64,000 nt of DNA from an uncultured bacterium (lineage in GTDB: Bacteria > Chlamydiota > Chlamydiia > Chlamydiales > FEN-1388): NCBI GenBank assembly GCA_964514655.1, contig CAZEQY010000006.1:33609-97608 (forward strand), written 5' to 3'. Every line of letters begins with the position of its first letter. The stretch's first letter is position 1. Below the pieces are notes generated by a model that saw nothing but the letters and a program-made list of their open reading frames with translations, was not told the DNA's origin and did not search any database. Both the position numbers and the translations under genes were made by a program. Positions 7,822-17,470 of this stretch are shown in pieces.

Positions 7822-8907
7822 ATGAACAAACAAGTGCTCGCTTTATGCTTTGTCTTTGTGCCGCTATGTGCCTTTGCGTCACATAAAAACACTGTTGTTG
7901 CAACGATCAATGTTGGTGTAACGCCAGATGGCCTTGCCATTACGCCTGATAGTCACTATGCATATGTTGTGAACAACAATAATTATGGCATTGCTGATCA
8001 AGATTCTGTCAGCGTTTTAGACCTTAAAAATAACACCCTTAAAGAAACCATCCACGATGCAAGCTTTAATGAGCCATTTAGAGTGGCAATAAGCCCAAGT
8101 GGCAAAAAAGCCTATGTAGCAAATAGCAACGGCACAACACTTTCTGTCATCGATACCAAACACAATACTGTAACAGAGGTTATCGATGGTTTTGATGGGC
8201 CTTCCGGTATTGTGATAACGCCAAATGGCAAATATGGCTACGTTAATAACTATGGTGGCCCAGATGGCGTTGGTAGTGGTAATGGCCGCACTGTAAGCGT
8301 TGTTGACCTTCATGCAAATGCTATTGTTGAAGATATCATCGTAGACTTGGCACCAGCTGCTCTAGCAATGGCTCCGGATGGTAAATTCGTTTATGTTATC
8401 AATTATGTCGACGGCACGCCAAACACAGGCACACTAAGTATCATTAGAACAAAAGATAATACAGTTGTCGATACAGTGCCTGGCCTTTTTGGACCTTTTG
8501 GTATAGCCATAACGCCAGATGGCAAACATGCCTATGTAACAAATTTTGGCAGTAATGATTTTGCCCCGATTGGCACAACTGTGAGCGTAGTAAGCTTGCA
8601 CCATCACCCAAAAATTGTAGATACGATCGATGTTGCGATACAGCCATCCGGCATTGCAATAACCCCAAATGGCCGCTATGCCTATGTGTCAAACTATAAT
8701 ACGCTTTACGCTGGTGCTCACTTTACAAACCTAACGCCAGGGGCCGGAACCGTAAATATCATCGACACGCATACACACGAGGTGATACCTCCCACAATAG
8801 CCGTAGGACAATCTCCAAACACTGTCACTGTATCGCCAAATGGCAAATACGCTTACGTAACAAACTTTATCTCCAACACCGTGAACGTCATTCAGTTAAA
8901 AGACTAA
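7822..8907 (+). CDS. Secreted YVTN-family beta-propeller repeat protein
   Basis: Signal peptide MNKQVLALCFVFVPLCAFA. About 7 repeats of the type ITPDGKYAYVTN / ISPSGKKAYVANSN / VSPNGKYAYVTNF. I chose the ATG at 7822 over the GTG at 7816. Confidence 0.8.
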   Translation: MNKQVLALCFVFVPLCAFASHKNTVVATINVGVTPDGLAITPDSHYAYVVNNNNYGIADQDSVSVLDLKNNTLKETIHDASFNEPFRVAISPSGKKAYVANSNGTTLSVIDTKHNTVTEVIDGFDGPSGIVITPNGKYGYVNNYGGPDGVGSGNGRTVSVVDLHANAIVEDIIVDLAPAALAMAPDGKFVYVINYVDGTPNTGTLSIIRTKDNTVVDTVPGLFGPFGIAITPDGKHAYVTNFGSNDFAPIGTTVSVVSLHHHPKIVDTIDVAIQPSGIAITPNGRYAYVSNYNTLYAGAHFTNLTPGAGTVNIIDTHTHEVIPPTIAVGQSPNTVTVSPNGKYAYVTNFISNTVNVIQLKD

Positions 8908-9570
8908 TCTGCCACTTTCAAGGTGGTGTCGGGTGTGGCAGCGGGAGGCAAGGTCTGGGCTGTGGGTGACTGCGATGAGGGCTTTTTGCTTTTCTTCAAC
9001 CCAGGAAAAGAGGAGGTCTTGGATTTCAGAGGCGGTTTGATGGTCGAGGTTGCCGGTGGGCTCATCAGCAAGGATAAGGTCAGGGTTTGTGATAAATGCG
9101 CGGCCTATTCCTAGGCGCTGCTTTTCGCCGCCAGAAAGTTTGAGAGCGTGAAGGTAGCGTCTATCGTAGAGCTTTAGCTTGTCTAAAAGTGTTAGCGCAA
9201 GTTCATAGTTTTCAGAGCCTTTATGCGTTGGCTCTCTTCCGATTGCAAGGGGCAAAAGGAGGTTTTCGAGCAGGGTGGCATCTTCTAAAAGGTGAAATGC
9301 CTGAAAGACAAAGCCAAGGTGCTTGTTTCGAAAACGGTCCTTATTTTGGTTTGTAATTGGCTCACCAAGGATTGATAATATGCCGCTTGTGGGGTTGTCA
9401 AGTGTTCCTAAGATGTGTAGAAGTGTTGTCTTTCCTTCGCCTGATTTTCCTACGATAGCGACACTTTGTCCGCGCTTAACAGTGAGTGAAATGCCTTTAA
9501 GTATCTCTAGTGGCACGGGATCAGTAAAGGTTTTGGTAAGCTCATCAGCCTGTAAAATCACATCATTCAT
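8896..9570 (-). CDS. lolD: Lipoprotein-releasing system ATP-binding protein LolD (ABC ATPase)
   Basis: Walker A GKSGEGKT, signature LSGGEKQR, and Walker [12 protein letters not shown]. It overlaps the upstream FtsX/LolCE-type permease gene by 8 nt. Confidence 0.85.
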   Translation of the reverse strand: MNDVILQADELTKTFTDPVPLEILKGISLTVKRGQSVAIVGKSGEGKTTLLHILGTLDNPTSGILSILGEPITNQNKDRFRNKHLGFVFQAFHLLEDATLLENLLLPLAIGREPTHKGSENYELALTLLDKLKLYDRRYLHALKLSGGEKQRLGIGRAFITNPDLILADEPTGNLDHQTASEIQDLLFSWVEEKQKALIAVTHSPDLASRCHTRHHLESGRLVF

Positions 9571-10957
9571 TGCGCAGGGCCTCCGATGTGTTGATTCTAC
9601 TAGCCTGTATAGCTGGAATCATGCCTGCAAGGCATGAGGCTACTGCTGCCATGCATAAGACAAAGATAAGGCTTGTTGTGCTGACCTCATTTGGCAGGCT
9701 ATCTGCATAAAACGTTGCATGCAGCACTTCAAAGCCCTGCAGCTTGCTTAAAAAAGCTAATAGGCTAGAAAGGTTTCGCAAGGTGAGTACTGCAAGTACA
9801 GCGCCAATAAAGCTGCCAATTGCCCCCAAAAGAAAACCGCATAGGCCAAAGATAAAGGCAATGCTTGATTTGGATGCACCAAGGGCGCGCAAGATTGCCA
9901 CTTCCTTGCGTTTATCGTGCACCAAGATGATGAGCATGCTGATGATGTTTGAGCAGGCGACTATGAGGATGATTATGGAGATAAGGGAAAAGAGGTTTTT
10001 GTCGCTCCGCATCTGCTGAAAGATGTCTTTTGTAAATTCATACTCATCATACGTTTGAACTTGCCAGTATTTTGCAAGGTGCTCACTTTGCAATAAGGCA
10101 ATAACTTTATCCTTAATCTTGTGAGCTTGGCTTAAGTCTGTAAAGTCTACGGTTATCCCTGTAGGCAGGCCGCTATCATGGCTAAAGCTTGCAGAGAGTA
10201 TTTGGGCAATAAAGGATTCTGGCACTAAGACAACTTTTCCGCCAATTGGCAATATGCCGGGATCATAAAAGCCGGCTACTCGTACTTTTGAGCGCAGCTC
10301 TTGCGTAGATGTTGCTCCAAAGCCCTTATAGCCAATATATCCCTCATCGCCAACAGTAACGCCTGCATCTTTAAAGCTTTTTGGCAGTAGCATGGGGGCG
10401 ATGTCGGATGTAGACTTTGGCAGGGTATGTTTAGCATCTGCACTCATGAGGTAGGTGTTTGTGCTGAGTTCCTGTTCAGAAAAACCACGTACAAGGCGGA
10501 TGTGAAGAGATCCTTGGGCTGTTTCAAAAATGCTACTTTTAGTTCCAGAAAGTGTTGCAAGGAGCTTCATCGTCTCTTTTACAATATCGACTGATTCTTT
10601 TTGCGGAAAGTTTCTTGGAAGCGTGGCATCTTGATTCGGATCGTAAGGGTCACTTTGAGGGGCATTAAGCTTTTCACGCAGGGTCTTAAAGGCGTAGTTA
10701 GAATGTTCTGCATGAGCGTCTATTTGGTAGTAGTAGCTATTGTAGTATTCTTGAGTTGGAGTGAGGCGTAAAGGTCCTGTGAGGGCTACCATTTTTTCTG
10801 TCCAGCTTCTCTCAATGCCTTCTTGAGCAGAAAAAAAGACAATGCTTAGCCATACGACTATAGCGATAACAAAGACAGAAATGAGGCTAATAATTGAGAC
10901 AGAAAGCTGACGCACGCGCGGTATTAAGTACTTGCGTGCGACAGATAGTTCGAACAT
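9563..10957 (-). CDS. LolC/LolE-family (FtsX-like) lipoprotein-release permease
   Basis: N-terminus MFELSVARKYLIPR..., then a TM helix, a large periplasmic loop and three C-terminal TM helices (FtsX topology). Adjacent to lolD. Confidence 0.8.
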   Translation of the reverse strand: MFELSVARKYLIPRVRQLSVSIISLISVFVIAIVVWLSIVFFSAQEGIERSWTEKMVALTGPLRLTPTQEYYNSYYYQIDAHAEHSNYAFKTLREKLNAPQSDPYDPNQDATLPRNFPQKESVDIVKETMKLLATLSGTKSSIFETAQGSLHIRLVRGFSEQELSTNTYLMSADAKHTLPKSTSDIAPMLLPKSFKDAGVTVGDEGYIGYKGFGATSTQELRSKVRVAGFYDPGILPIGGKVVLVPESFIAQILSASFSHDSGLPTGITVDFTDLSQAHKIKDKVIALLQSEHLAKYWQVQTYDEYEFTKDIFQQMRSDKNLFSLISIIILIVACSNIISMLIILVHDKRKEVAILRALGASKSSIAFIFGLCGFLLGAIGSFIGAVLAVLTLRNLSSLLAFLSKLQGFEVLHATFYADSLPNEVSTTSLIFVLCMAAVASCLAGMIPAIQASRINTSEALRNE

Positions 10958-10962
10958 GTGCG

Positions 10963-11118
10963 TTATTTTGTTTCCTTAAACTCGCAGTGCTCGCGAACGG
11001 TCGGGTCAAATTTGCGAAGGGTAATGCGATCTGGAGTTTTTGTTTTATTCTTAGTTGTGTAGTAGTGGAAGCTGCTTTTTGAGCTTTTGAGTTTAATCTT
11101 TTCGCGCTTACTTGCCAT
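10963..11118 (-). CDS. rpmG: 50S ribosomal protein L33
   Basis: Manual translation gives [51 protein letters not shown] (51 aa). This matches the L33 pattern (..HFYTT.KNKR..P.KL.LRKFDP.VR.H..). It is below the ORF-track size cutoff. Confidence 0.85.
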   Translation of the reverse strand: MASKREKIKLKSSKSSFHYYTTKNKTKTPDRITLRKFDPTVREHCEFKETK

Positions 11119-11241
11119 TGTAGGTCTCTCCTAAAATTTAAAGGCGAGAGTATATCATAAGAGGCTATAGCTGTCAATTGCAATGACACAAAAATATGAG
11201 GTATCGTATAAGCTAGAGAAACTTTGTGGACTGATATACCT

Positions 11242-12237
11242 ATGACTTTTTTTACATCACAGCAGTTTCCTGTAGTTCGTGCTCATCGTCTAAGACGTTA
11301 TCCCTGGCTTCGCAACATGGTTCAAGAAAATTATGTAACACCGCACGACCTTGTGTGGACGGTTATTATTCGTGATGAGCATGTTGACCCCAATATCCCT
11401 GGCATGCCAGGCTGCTTGCGCCTTACTGTAAAAGAACTTGTTGAACACGCAAAGGAAGCTGTTGATCTTGGCATACCGGCTGTCGCATTTTTTCCCCATG
11501 TTGACCAGGATAAAAAGGACGAGCAAGCATCTGAAGCGCTAAATCCAGACTCGCTAAATATTCGCGCGATAGAAGCTCTAAAAAAAGCATGTCCCAATAT
11601 TGGCGTGATTTCTGATGTAGCCTTAGATCCCTTTACCACTCACGGCTTTGATGGACTTATGATTGGTGATACGATAGACAACGACTCTACAATTGAGCTA
11701 TTAGCAAAAAGTGCCGTCATGCATGCTGAAGCCGGTAGCGATATCATTGCACCATCTGAAATGATGGATGGGCGCATTGGGGCTATAAGGAGCGCTCTTG
11801 ATGCATCCGGCTACTCTCATGTCTCTCTTTTATCATACTCTGCAAAGTATGCATCAAGCTTTTATGGGCCCTATAGAGGCGGCATTGGCTCCTTAAAGAA
11901 CCTTGGAAAAGGTGATAAAAAGACCTTCTATCTAAATCCTGCAAATAAGGCTGATGCCTTAAGGGAGGTCTCTCAAGACCTTTTAGAGGGTGCTGATATG
12001 GTAATGGTAAAACCTGGTCTTCCCTACCTTGACGTCATTGCTGCAATAAAAGAGACCTTTCAGGTGCCTACATTTGCTTTTCATGTAAGTGGGGAGTATG
12101 GCTGCTTAAAACTTATGCATGAAGCCGGCTTTCTAGACTTTCATAGAGCCTTTCACGAAGTGCTTCTTTCATTCAAGCGAGCAGGCTGCGACGGCATTCT
12201 TACCTACGGCGCACTCGAATACGCTAGATCTTGTTAG
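11242..12237 (+). CDS. hemB: Porphobilinogen synthase (delta-aminolevulinic acid dehydratase)
   Basis: RAHRLRRYPWLRNMVQE, PSEMMDGRIGAIR, and VKPGLPYLDVI (active-site Lys region). I chose the ATG at 11242 over the TTG at 11224. Confidence 0.9.
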   Translation: MTFFTSQQFPVVRAHRLRRYPWLRNMVQENYVTPHDLVWTVIIRDEHVDPNIPGMPGCLRLTVKELVEHAKEAVDLGIPAVAFFPHVDQDKKDEQASEALNPDSLNIRAIEALKKACPNIGVISDVALDPFTTHGFDGLMIGDTIDNDSTIELLAKSAVMHAEAGSDIIAPSEMMDGRIGAIRSALDASGYSHVSLLSYSAKYASSFYGPYRGGIGSLKNLGKGDKKTFYLNPANKADALREVSQDLLEGADMVMVKPGLPYLDVIAAIKETFQVPTFAFHVSGEYGCLKLMHEAGFLDFHRAFHEVLLSFKRAGCDGILTYGALEYARSC

Positions 12238-13345
12238 CTAAAATATCTTCGCGAATTTGGTGCATCTTTTGCACCATGAAGTGCAAGTTATGAATAGTTG
12301 CTAGCTGCAAGGCTACAAGTTCTTTTGCCTTGAAAAGATGGTGCATATAGGCGCGGGTAAAGCGCGTGCAGGTAAAGCAGCTACAGCCATCTACCAATGG
12401 ACCATAGTTTGTCTTGTTTTCACCCTTAGTCATGTTGACATTGCCCTGTGGGGATAGCGCCATACCATGACGAGCAAGCTTTGTGGGGTATGAACTATCA
12501 AAAGTGTCTAGCCCGAAAGGTATTGCAGCTTCTAGCGAGCCAAGATCGCCTATGCCTAAAAGGTGGCGTGGGTGAGAGTCCGGTAGATGCGGGGTTGTGT
12601 GGGTTAATAGCTCTAGCATTTCAGCTTTATGCTTGCCAAGACTTCCGCCTATTGCAAAGCCATCAAAGGCTAAATTTCGTAGTATCTCACAGCTTTTTTT
12701 GCGAAGGTCCCAGTTTACGCCGCCGTGGACGACAGCAAAGATAGCCTGGTCTTGAACGGATGCAAGGTGGGTGTTTAAAGATCGTTCCTGCCAGCGGTGC
12801 GTGCGGTTAAATGACTCTAAAAGTGCATCGTTACTAATGTGATAGGGTGGTAGCTCATCAAAAGGAATAATAATATCTGCCCCAAGATCCTTTTGGGCGA
12901 TAATGGAGCTTTCAGGCGTCAGCAGCACCTTTTGGCCGTCGATGTACGATCTAAAAAGCACGCCTTCTTCTGATATCTTAATGACAGAGTTTCCATGTTT
13001 TTTTGTGCCGCGGCTTTTGAGCTCATCAGCTACAGAGCCGTAGGCGAGGCTAAATACCTGAAAACCGCCAGAGTCTGTGATGATAGGCATTTTGCGGTTG
13101 ATAAATCTGTGTAGGCCACCGGCATCTTTTACCACCTTTGTGCCAGGCTGCAACAGAAGGTGATAGGTGTTACAGAACATAAGCTGCAAGCCTATGTCAT
13201 GAAGGGTAGCATTGTCTAGAGACTTAAGCGTGCCGTTTGTACCAACCGCTACAAAGTTTGGCGTGTCGATAATGCCGTGAGGGGTGTGTATGCGGCCAAC
13301 CCTTGCGCGCGATTTTGTTGATGTATGCAAAAGTTCAAACTTCAT
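12224..13345 (-). CDS. tgt: Queuine tRNA-ribosyltransferase (tRNA-guanine transglycosylase)
   Basis: N-terminus ARVGRIHTPHGIIDTPNFVAVGT, plus DSGGFQVFSL and the zinc motif CSCFTCTRFTRAYMHHL. Confidence 0.9.
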   Translation of the reverse strand: MKFELLHTSTKSRARVGRIHTPHGIIDTPNFVAVGTNGTLKSLDNATLHDIGLQLMFCNTYHLLLQPGTKVVKDAGGLHRFINRKMPIITDSGGFQVFSLAYGSVADELKSRGTKKHGNSVIKISEEGVLFRSYIDGQKVLLTPESSIIAQKDLGADIIIPFDELPPYHISNDALLESFNRTHRWQERSLNTHLASVQDQAIFAVVHGGVNWDLRKKSCEILRNLAFDGFAIGGSLGKHKAEMLELLTHTTPHLPDSHPRHLLGIGDLGSLEAAIPFGLDTFDSSYPTKLARHGMALSPQGNVNMTKGENKTNYGPLVDGCSCFTCTRFTRAYMHHLFKAKELVALQLATIHNLHFMVQKMHQIREDILANKI

Positions 13346-13991
13346 GGCGTACTCGTTTAAGCGTAGAGAGGTTCAGGATAAAGGCAATAGAGAGCTTTAT
13401 GAGAAAGCTTATAAGTATAACATCAAGAATCTCACTCACAAGGCCCCAAAGGCCAAGGATTGAAAATAACAGCGTGTCGATAAATTGCGATAAGGTTAGG
13501 CATATGCAGTTTCGAGTAAAAAGGGAGAGGTGGTTGGCTTTTGTCTTTAAAAAGTGAAAAAACTGTACATCAAACCATTGTACGCATAAAAATGCAGTGA
13601 TGGAGGCCATCACAAGGCGCGGCGTTGTAGAAAGAATAAGCTGATATGCGGCTTGTGAGTAGTCGTGGGGACTTGCCTGGTATAGAAGGTGAATCAGCGA
13701 CATAAGCACAAAAAAGACAAGCATGATGAATGATATCCACACGCCCTTTTTTGCCTCTTCTTTGCCATAGTATTCTTGCATAAGGTTTAGGCCAAGAGCG
13801 CAGTTTACCGCGTATACATCGCTACAGGTTACCGTAAAGCCATATAGAGAAATTTGTTTGAGCACAAATAGATTTGCAAGCACAGGCTGAAGGCCTATCC
13901 AGCACATGAGGCCCGTCTTGCCAAATTTCATGCATGGCCACAAAAAGAGCCCCGCAATAAAAAGATGTAATATAAGTAAAATTTCGTTCAT
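13335..13991 (-). CDS. yhhQ: YhhQ/DUF165-family queuosine-precursor transporter
   Basis: Polytopic membrane protein carrying the family pattern ...ASITAFLCVQWFDVQFFHFLK...FTRNCICLTLSQFIDTLLFSILG. It overlaps tgt by 11 nt on the same strand. Confidence 0.7.
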   Translation of the reverse strand: MNEILLILHLFIAGLFLWPCMKFGKTGLMCWIGLQPVLANLFVLKQISLYGFTVTCSDVYAVNCALGLNLMQEYYGKEEAKKGVWISFIMLVFFVLMSLIHLLYQASPHDYSQAAYQLILSTTPRLVMASITAFLCVQWFDVQFFHFLKTKANHLSLFTRNCICLTLSQFIDTLLFSILGLWGLVSEILDVILISFLIKLSIAFILNLSTLKRVRHEV

Positions 13992-14020
13992 ATAGTATAA
14001 GTAGTATACTATATAGGTGC

Positions 14021-14971
14021 TTAAGTTCCAAAGCTAAAGGTGTAGAAGGAGATACCTGGGGGAACCCAGAGGGTGATGGTGTGTGTGCCAACCTCTCCTT
14101 GTTGGTCTACAAGGTCATACTTTCTATCACCGCTAAGAAAAATTTGACCTTCTGCGTTTATATCGGATGTGTAAAATTCTTTTTTTAGAGGTTTACCATC
14201 AAGATAGACTGTGATTGGGTCCGCACTTGAGCCTGCTATGACAGCATGAACCTTGCCGGCTGTAACCTTGAGCTCGATTTGGCAGTTAGAGCCTGCGCTT
14301 GTGATGCTGTCCGGGGCCACTCTCCATAGTCCCTTAATACCGACGGTATCGTCACGAAGCGGGGGTTTGAAGGTGTACGCGTGCACCTTATTTGGCTCTA
14401 TGTGAATTTCTGGGGCATAATTTTCTGCTCGAGATGAGCCTAAATAGATTTCTGTCGTTATACTTTTTCTTGGTGATTCAGGAAGTTCACTTTCTATGGC
14501 CGCAAGTCCAAGCTGAGCTCTAATAGCATTTTCAAGTTCAAGGTATTTGCCTTCGCCAATATGTGTGAAGACGATTTCTCCTTCTTTATTCACTAGATAG
14601 GTTGTAGGCCAGTATTTATTTCGGTAGGCTCGCCATGTTTTATAGTCGTTGTCTAGTCCTACAGGATACTGTATACCAAAGCGCTTTACGGCAGCTTTTA
14701 CGTTTTCAATAGATTGCTCAAAAGCAAATTCTGGCGTATGAATGCCTATAACGGTAAAGCCTTTATCTTTGTAGGTGTTATACCAGGTGTTTAGATGAGG
14801 TATTGTGCGGATGCAGTTAATGCATGTATAGTCCCAAAAGTCAATGAGAACTACCTGTCCGCGCAAATTTTCCAAATTCTGTGGCTCAGAATTAACCCAC
14901 TTAGAAATTCCTTGAAAATTTGGTGCAATAGGGGCTGTAAGCAATGTAAGTGCGCATAAAAGAAGATGCAT
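14021..14971 (-). CDS. Secreted thioredoxin-fold thiol-disulfide oxidoreductase (redoxin/TlpA-like) with an extra C-terminal beta-rich domain
   Basis: Signal peptide MHLLLCALTLLTAP. The CxxC motif sits in FWDYTCINCIRTIPHL. A C-terminal extension of about 150 aa resembles the DipZ-type C-terminal domain. Confidence 0.7.
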   Translation of the reverse strand: MHLLLCALTLLTAPIAPNFQGISKWVNSEPQNLENLRGQVVLIDFWDYTCINCIRTIPHLNTWYNTYKDKGFTVIGIHTPEFAFEQSIENVKAAVKRFGIQYPVGLDNDYKTWRAYRNKYWPTTYLVNKEGEIVFTHIGEGKYLELENAIRAQLGLAAIESELPESPRKSITTEIYLGSSRAENYAPEIHIEPNKVHAYTFKPPLRDDTVGIKGLWRVAPDSITSAGSNCQIELKVTAGKVHAVIAGSSADPITVYLDGKPLKKEFYTSDINAEGQIFLSGDRKYDLVDQQGEVGTHTITLWVPPGISFYTFSFGT

Positions 14972-15053
14972 AGATCACCTCTTCTGTTGCTATACTCAAA
15001 ATATCGATTTTTGAATAGTAGAGATAATACTCAATTAGGTAATCTTGTTGGCG

Positions 15054-15860
15054 ATGAAGAAAAAGTACTTGTCGGAACTGCATATTTATCCCGTTAAGTC
15101 ATGTAAGGGGATGTCGCTTCGTAGCGTAAAGGTGGGTCCAAAAGGTCCTGCTATGGACCGTCGTTGGATGGTTGTTGATAAAGATGGCCGATTCCTTTCG
15201 CAGCGTGTGCTTCCTAAAATGGCAATAATCCATGCTTACTTTGATGATCGCTACCTTTTTCTTTCTGCTCCGGGAATGGTGCCACTCATGGTGCCTAATG
15301 CGCCGGCTTCTGAAACGCGCGATGTGGTGGTGTGGAAGGATACGTGCCATGCCCACGATATGGGAGACAAGGCAGCATCTTGGATCAGTGAATTTCTCAA
15401 AACGGAAGCTCGTCTTGTCTTTTTACCTGAAGAGTCCATTAGAAAGGTAAATCCTGACTACGCAACAAATCCTGAAAATCAGGTTGGCTTTGCTGACGGC
15501 TTTCCATTTTTATTGATATCTGAAAACTCTCTTCAGGATCTCTGTAAGCGCATTGGCAGAAAACTGCGGATGAACCGCTTTCGCCCAAACCTTGTCGTAG
15601 CTAACTGCGAGCCTTATGAAGAAGATAGCTGGAAGAAAGTTCAGATCGGTGAGATTATCTTTCACTTTGTAAAACCATGCTCGCGCTGCATTATTCCAAC
15701 AGTTGATCAAGAGCGCGCTGAATCAAGCCCTGAGCCTCTTGCAACGCTATCTCGCTTCCGAAAAGTAGACGGCCGCATTCTCTTTGGCCAAAATCTAATC
15801 CACGAAGGTACCGGCACTATCGAAGTCGGCACCGAAGTCAAAATCCTCGAACGCCACTAA
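15054..15860 (+). CDS. MOSC domain-containing protein (MOSC_N beta-barrel plus MOSC; YcbX-like)
   Basis: LSELHIYPVKSCKGMSL (MOSC_N start), FADGFPFLLISENSL, RFRPNLVV, and the conserved Cys in KPCSRCIIPTVDQ. Confidence 0.85.
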   Translation: MKKKYLSELHIYPVKSCKGMSLRSVKVGPKGPAMDRRWMVVDKDGRFLSQRVLPKMAIIHAYFDDRYLFLSAPGMVPLMVPNAPASETRDVVVWKDTCHAHDMGDKAASWISEFLKTEARLVFLPEESIRKVNPDYATNPENQVGFADGFPFLLISENSLQDLCKRIGRKLRMNRFRPNLVVANCEPYEEDSWKKVQIGEIIFHFVKPCSRCIIPTVDQERAESSPEPLATLSRFRKVDGRILFGQNLIHEGTGTIEVGTEVKILERH

Positions 15861-15988
15861 TTGTCTCTCTCGTTTCAGATTTTTTGATCGCGTACGAAAA
15901 ATGTCTTTCAAAAAATGCGCAAAATACCTATTTACCAGAAAAAAAGCAACTATTTGTTACTGGGCTAATAATATTTCGGGGATAGAAT

Positions 15989-17302
15989 ATGGCAAGCGTA
16001 TCGAGGGCGGGCAAGGCGCATCGACATGTACATGGGCACCACAGCGAAGTCAAGAAAGGTGGTAGGGCGGTAAAAAAGGGCTCAAACATATCTCAGCATG
16101 AGGTTCATAGCGATCCTAAAATTAAAAAGATCGCGGAACTTGTGCTTCGAGCTAAGTCGTGGACAAGTGAATCTGAAGCTAAGCGAATTATCCAAAAGCA
16201 CGGTCAACACAAATTTGAACGCATGCTTATGGCGTGCGAAAATATCACAAAGCTTTCACAAGATGTTGGGCTTACAAAAGATCAACTTTTTAAGATGGCA
16301 AAGTACATAGAAGTTAAGCTGCCACAAAAAGTAAAGCATGGTAAGGCTTATCTCAAAAAAGAAAAAACAGGTCTTGCGCGCACGATTGAATTTAAGTCTA
16401 ATCGTGCCTTTATCCACCTAAAGACTCACGGTGTACAAGCCTTAGGGGCGGGCGTACATAAGCGAGTAACCATTTCAATAATGTATGCAGCGCATAAGCC
16501 TGAAATCGTTGCAAATGGGGTTGGCGACGCTACAGTAATGAAAGAGGGCAAAGTTCTTAAAAAACTTAGAGGCTCTGAAGGCATTGCAAAGACATATGCA
16601 GTCAGCAGCCACAAGTCTGATCACAAAAAAGTCTACTCGATCATCAGCAAACTATATAACGCTCGCACAGTGCGTCACTATGAATACAACAGATCCTCTA
16701 TGAACCATGATGAGGAAGTCTATATTGCGCGCGATCTCATGAAAGGGCTAGAGAGTATGCATGCAAAACGCATGGCACACCGCGACCTTCATAGCGGCAA
16801 TTTTATGGTGAATAGACAAGAAGATCCCGATACCAAAAAAGTCAAAATTACTGCGGCATTAATTGACTTTGGCCAAGTTGTCTCCTTTGACAAGGCTAAA
16901 AAACTGGTGCCTCGGATTGAAGTATCACGTCACCTTATTACTCCCGAAAGCCTTATTAAGGGCAAGCATAGGGTTGATGTTCGTAAGGTTGAGGCATTTG
17001 CTGTTGGCTGCAGCCTCTATCATCTCTTCTTCGGAAGCGGACCTGAATGGTGCGAGATGATGCGAGAGCAGCAAGTAAAGAAAATGAGCAAACGTAAGAG
17101 AAAAGAGCTATCGAACCGTCTTATAACAGAAATTTACCAAACTATCGACAAGCGTAGAAAAGAGCTTGCTGCAAGTAATCTTGAACGCAAAGACCTTGCT
17201 GAAGTTATTTTTAAACTACTAGATCCTAGCGCAAAAGAACGGTCTGCGCCCCACAAGGCCAGAAAACAGCTAGATCAGATCATCAAAAAGATGGAATCTT
17301 AG
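15989..17302 (+). CDS. Eukaryotic-like Ser/Thr protein kinase domain protein (candidate effector)
   Basis: Gly-loop-like LGAGVHKRV, catalytic loop HRDLHSGNF, DFG (LIDFGQV), and APE-like ITPESL. It has a basic His/Lys-rich N-terminus and no signal peptide. Confidence 0.7.
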   Translation: MASVSRAGKAHRHVHGHHSEVKKGGRAVKKGSNISQHEVHSDPKIKKIAELVLRAKSWTSESEAKRIIQKHGQHKFERMLMACENITKLSQDVGLTKDQLFKMAKYIEVKLPQKVKHGKAYLKKEKTGLARTIEFKSNRAFIHLKTHGVQALGAGVHKRVTISIMYAAHKPEIVANGVGDATVMKEGKVLKKLRGSEGIAKTYAVSSHKSDHKKVYSIISKLYNARTVRHYEYNRSSMNHDEEVYIARDLMKGLESMHAKRMAHRDLHSGNFMVNRQEDPDTKKVKITAALIDFGQVVSFDKAKKLVPRIEVSRHLITPESLIKGKHRVDVRKVEAFAVGCSLYHLFFGSGPEWCEMMREQQVKKMSKRKRKELSNRLITEIYQTIDKRRKELAASNLERKDLAEVIFKLLDPSAKERSAPHKARKQLDQIIKKMES

Positions 17303-17375
17303 TCGGCTTTTGCATATATTTCTCTCTAAAGTCAATCGGGCTGAAGAGTTGGTCCAATAACATAATATATGGCAG

Positions 17376-17470
17376 TGATTGGACTTCGTGCCCTTGCCCG
17401 TGTCCCTGCCCGCTAATTAATACTTAAAATAGCGGGCAAGGGCACAGGCAAGGGCATGGGCACGAAATCA
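17376..17470. repeat. GC-rich imperfect 95-bp palindrome (hairpin) built from reiterated TGCCC/GGGCA motifs
   Basis: Left arm TGATTGGACTTCGTGCCCTTGCCCGTGTCCCTGCCCGCT (17376-17414). Loop AATTAATACTTAAAAT. Right arm AGCGGGCAAGGGCACAGGCAAGGGCATGGGCACGAAATCA (17431-17470). It lies between the kinase gene and the lipoprotein gene. Confidence 0.75.

Noticed and set aside
8896-8907. The 12-nt overlap of the convergent YVTN propeller and lolD genes, considered as a possible annotation error or antisense regulatory feature.
   Set aside because: Both ORFs have strong family motifs right up to their C-termini. Short convergent overlaps occur in compact genomes, so nothing further is supported.
10887-11189. 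Track ORFs 10887..11189 (-) and 10894..11082 (+) in the lolE-hemB gap.
   Set aside because: A different minus-strand frame encodes a clear 51-aa ribosomal protein L33 (10963..11118). The 100-aa ORF overlaps lolC/E and has no recognisable features.
13992-14020. A possible preQ1 riboswitch or operator upstream of yhhQ-tgt, including the AT-rich palindrome TATAGTATA-AGTAG-TATACTATA.
   Set aside because: Only 29 nt separate the upstream stop from the yhhQ start, which is too short for a preQ1 aptamer, and none of the conserved preQ1-I nucleotides are present. The palindrome is AT-only and could arise by chance or be a weak terminator.
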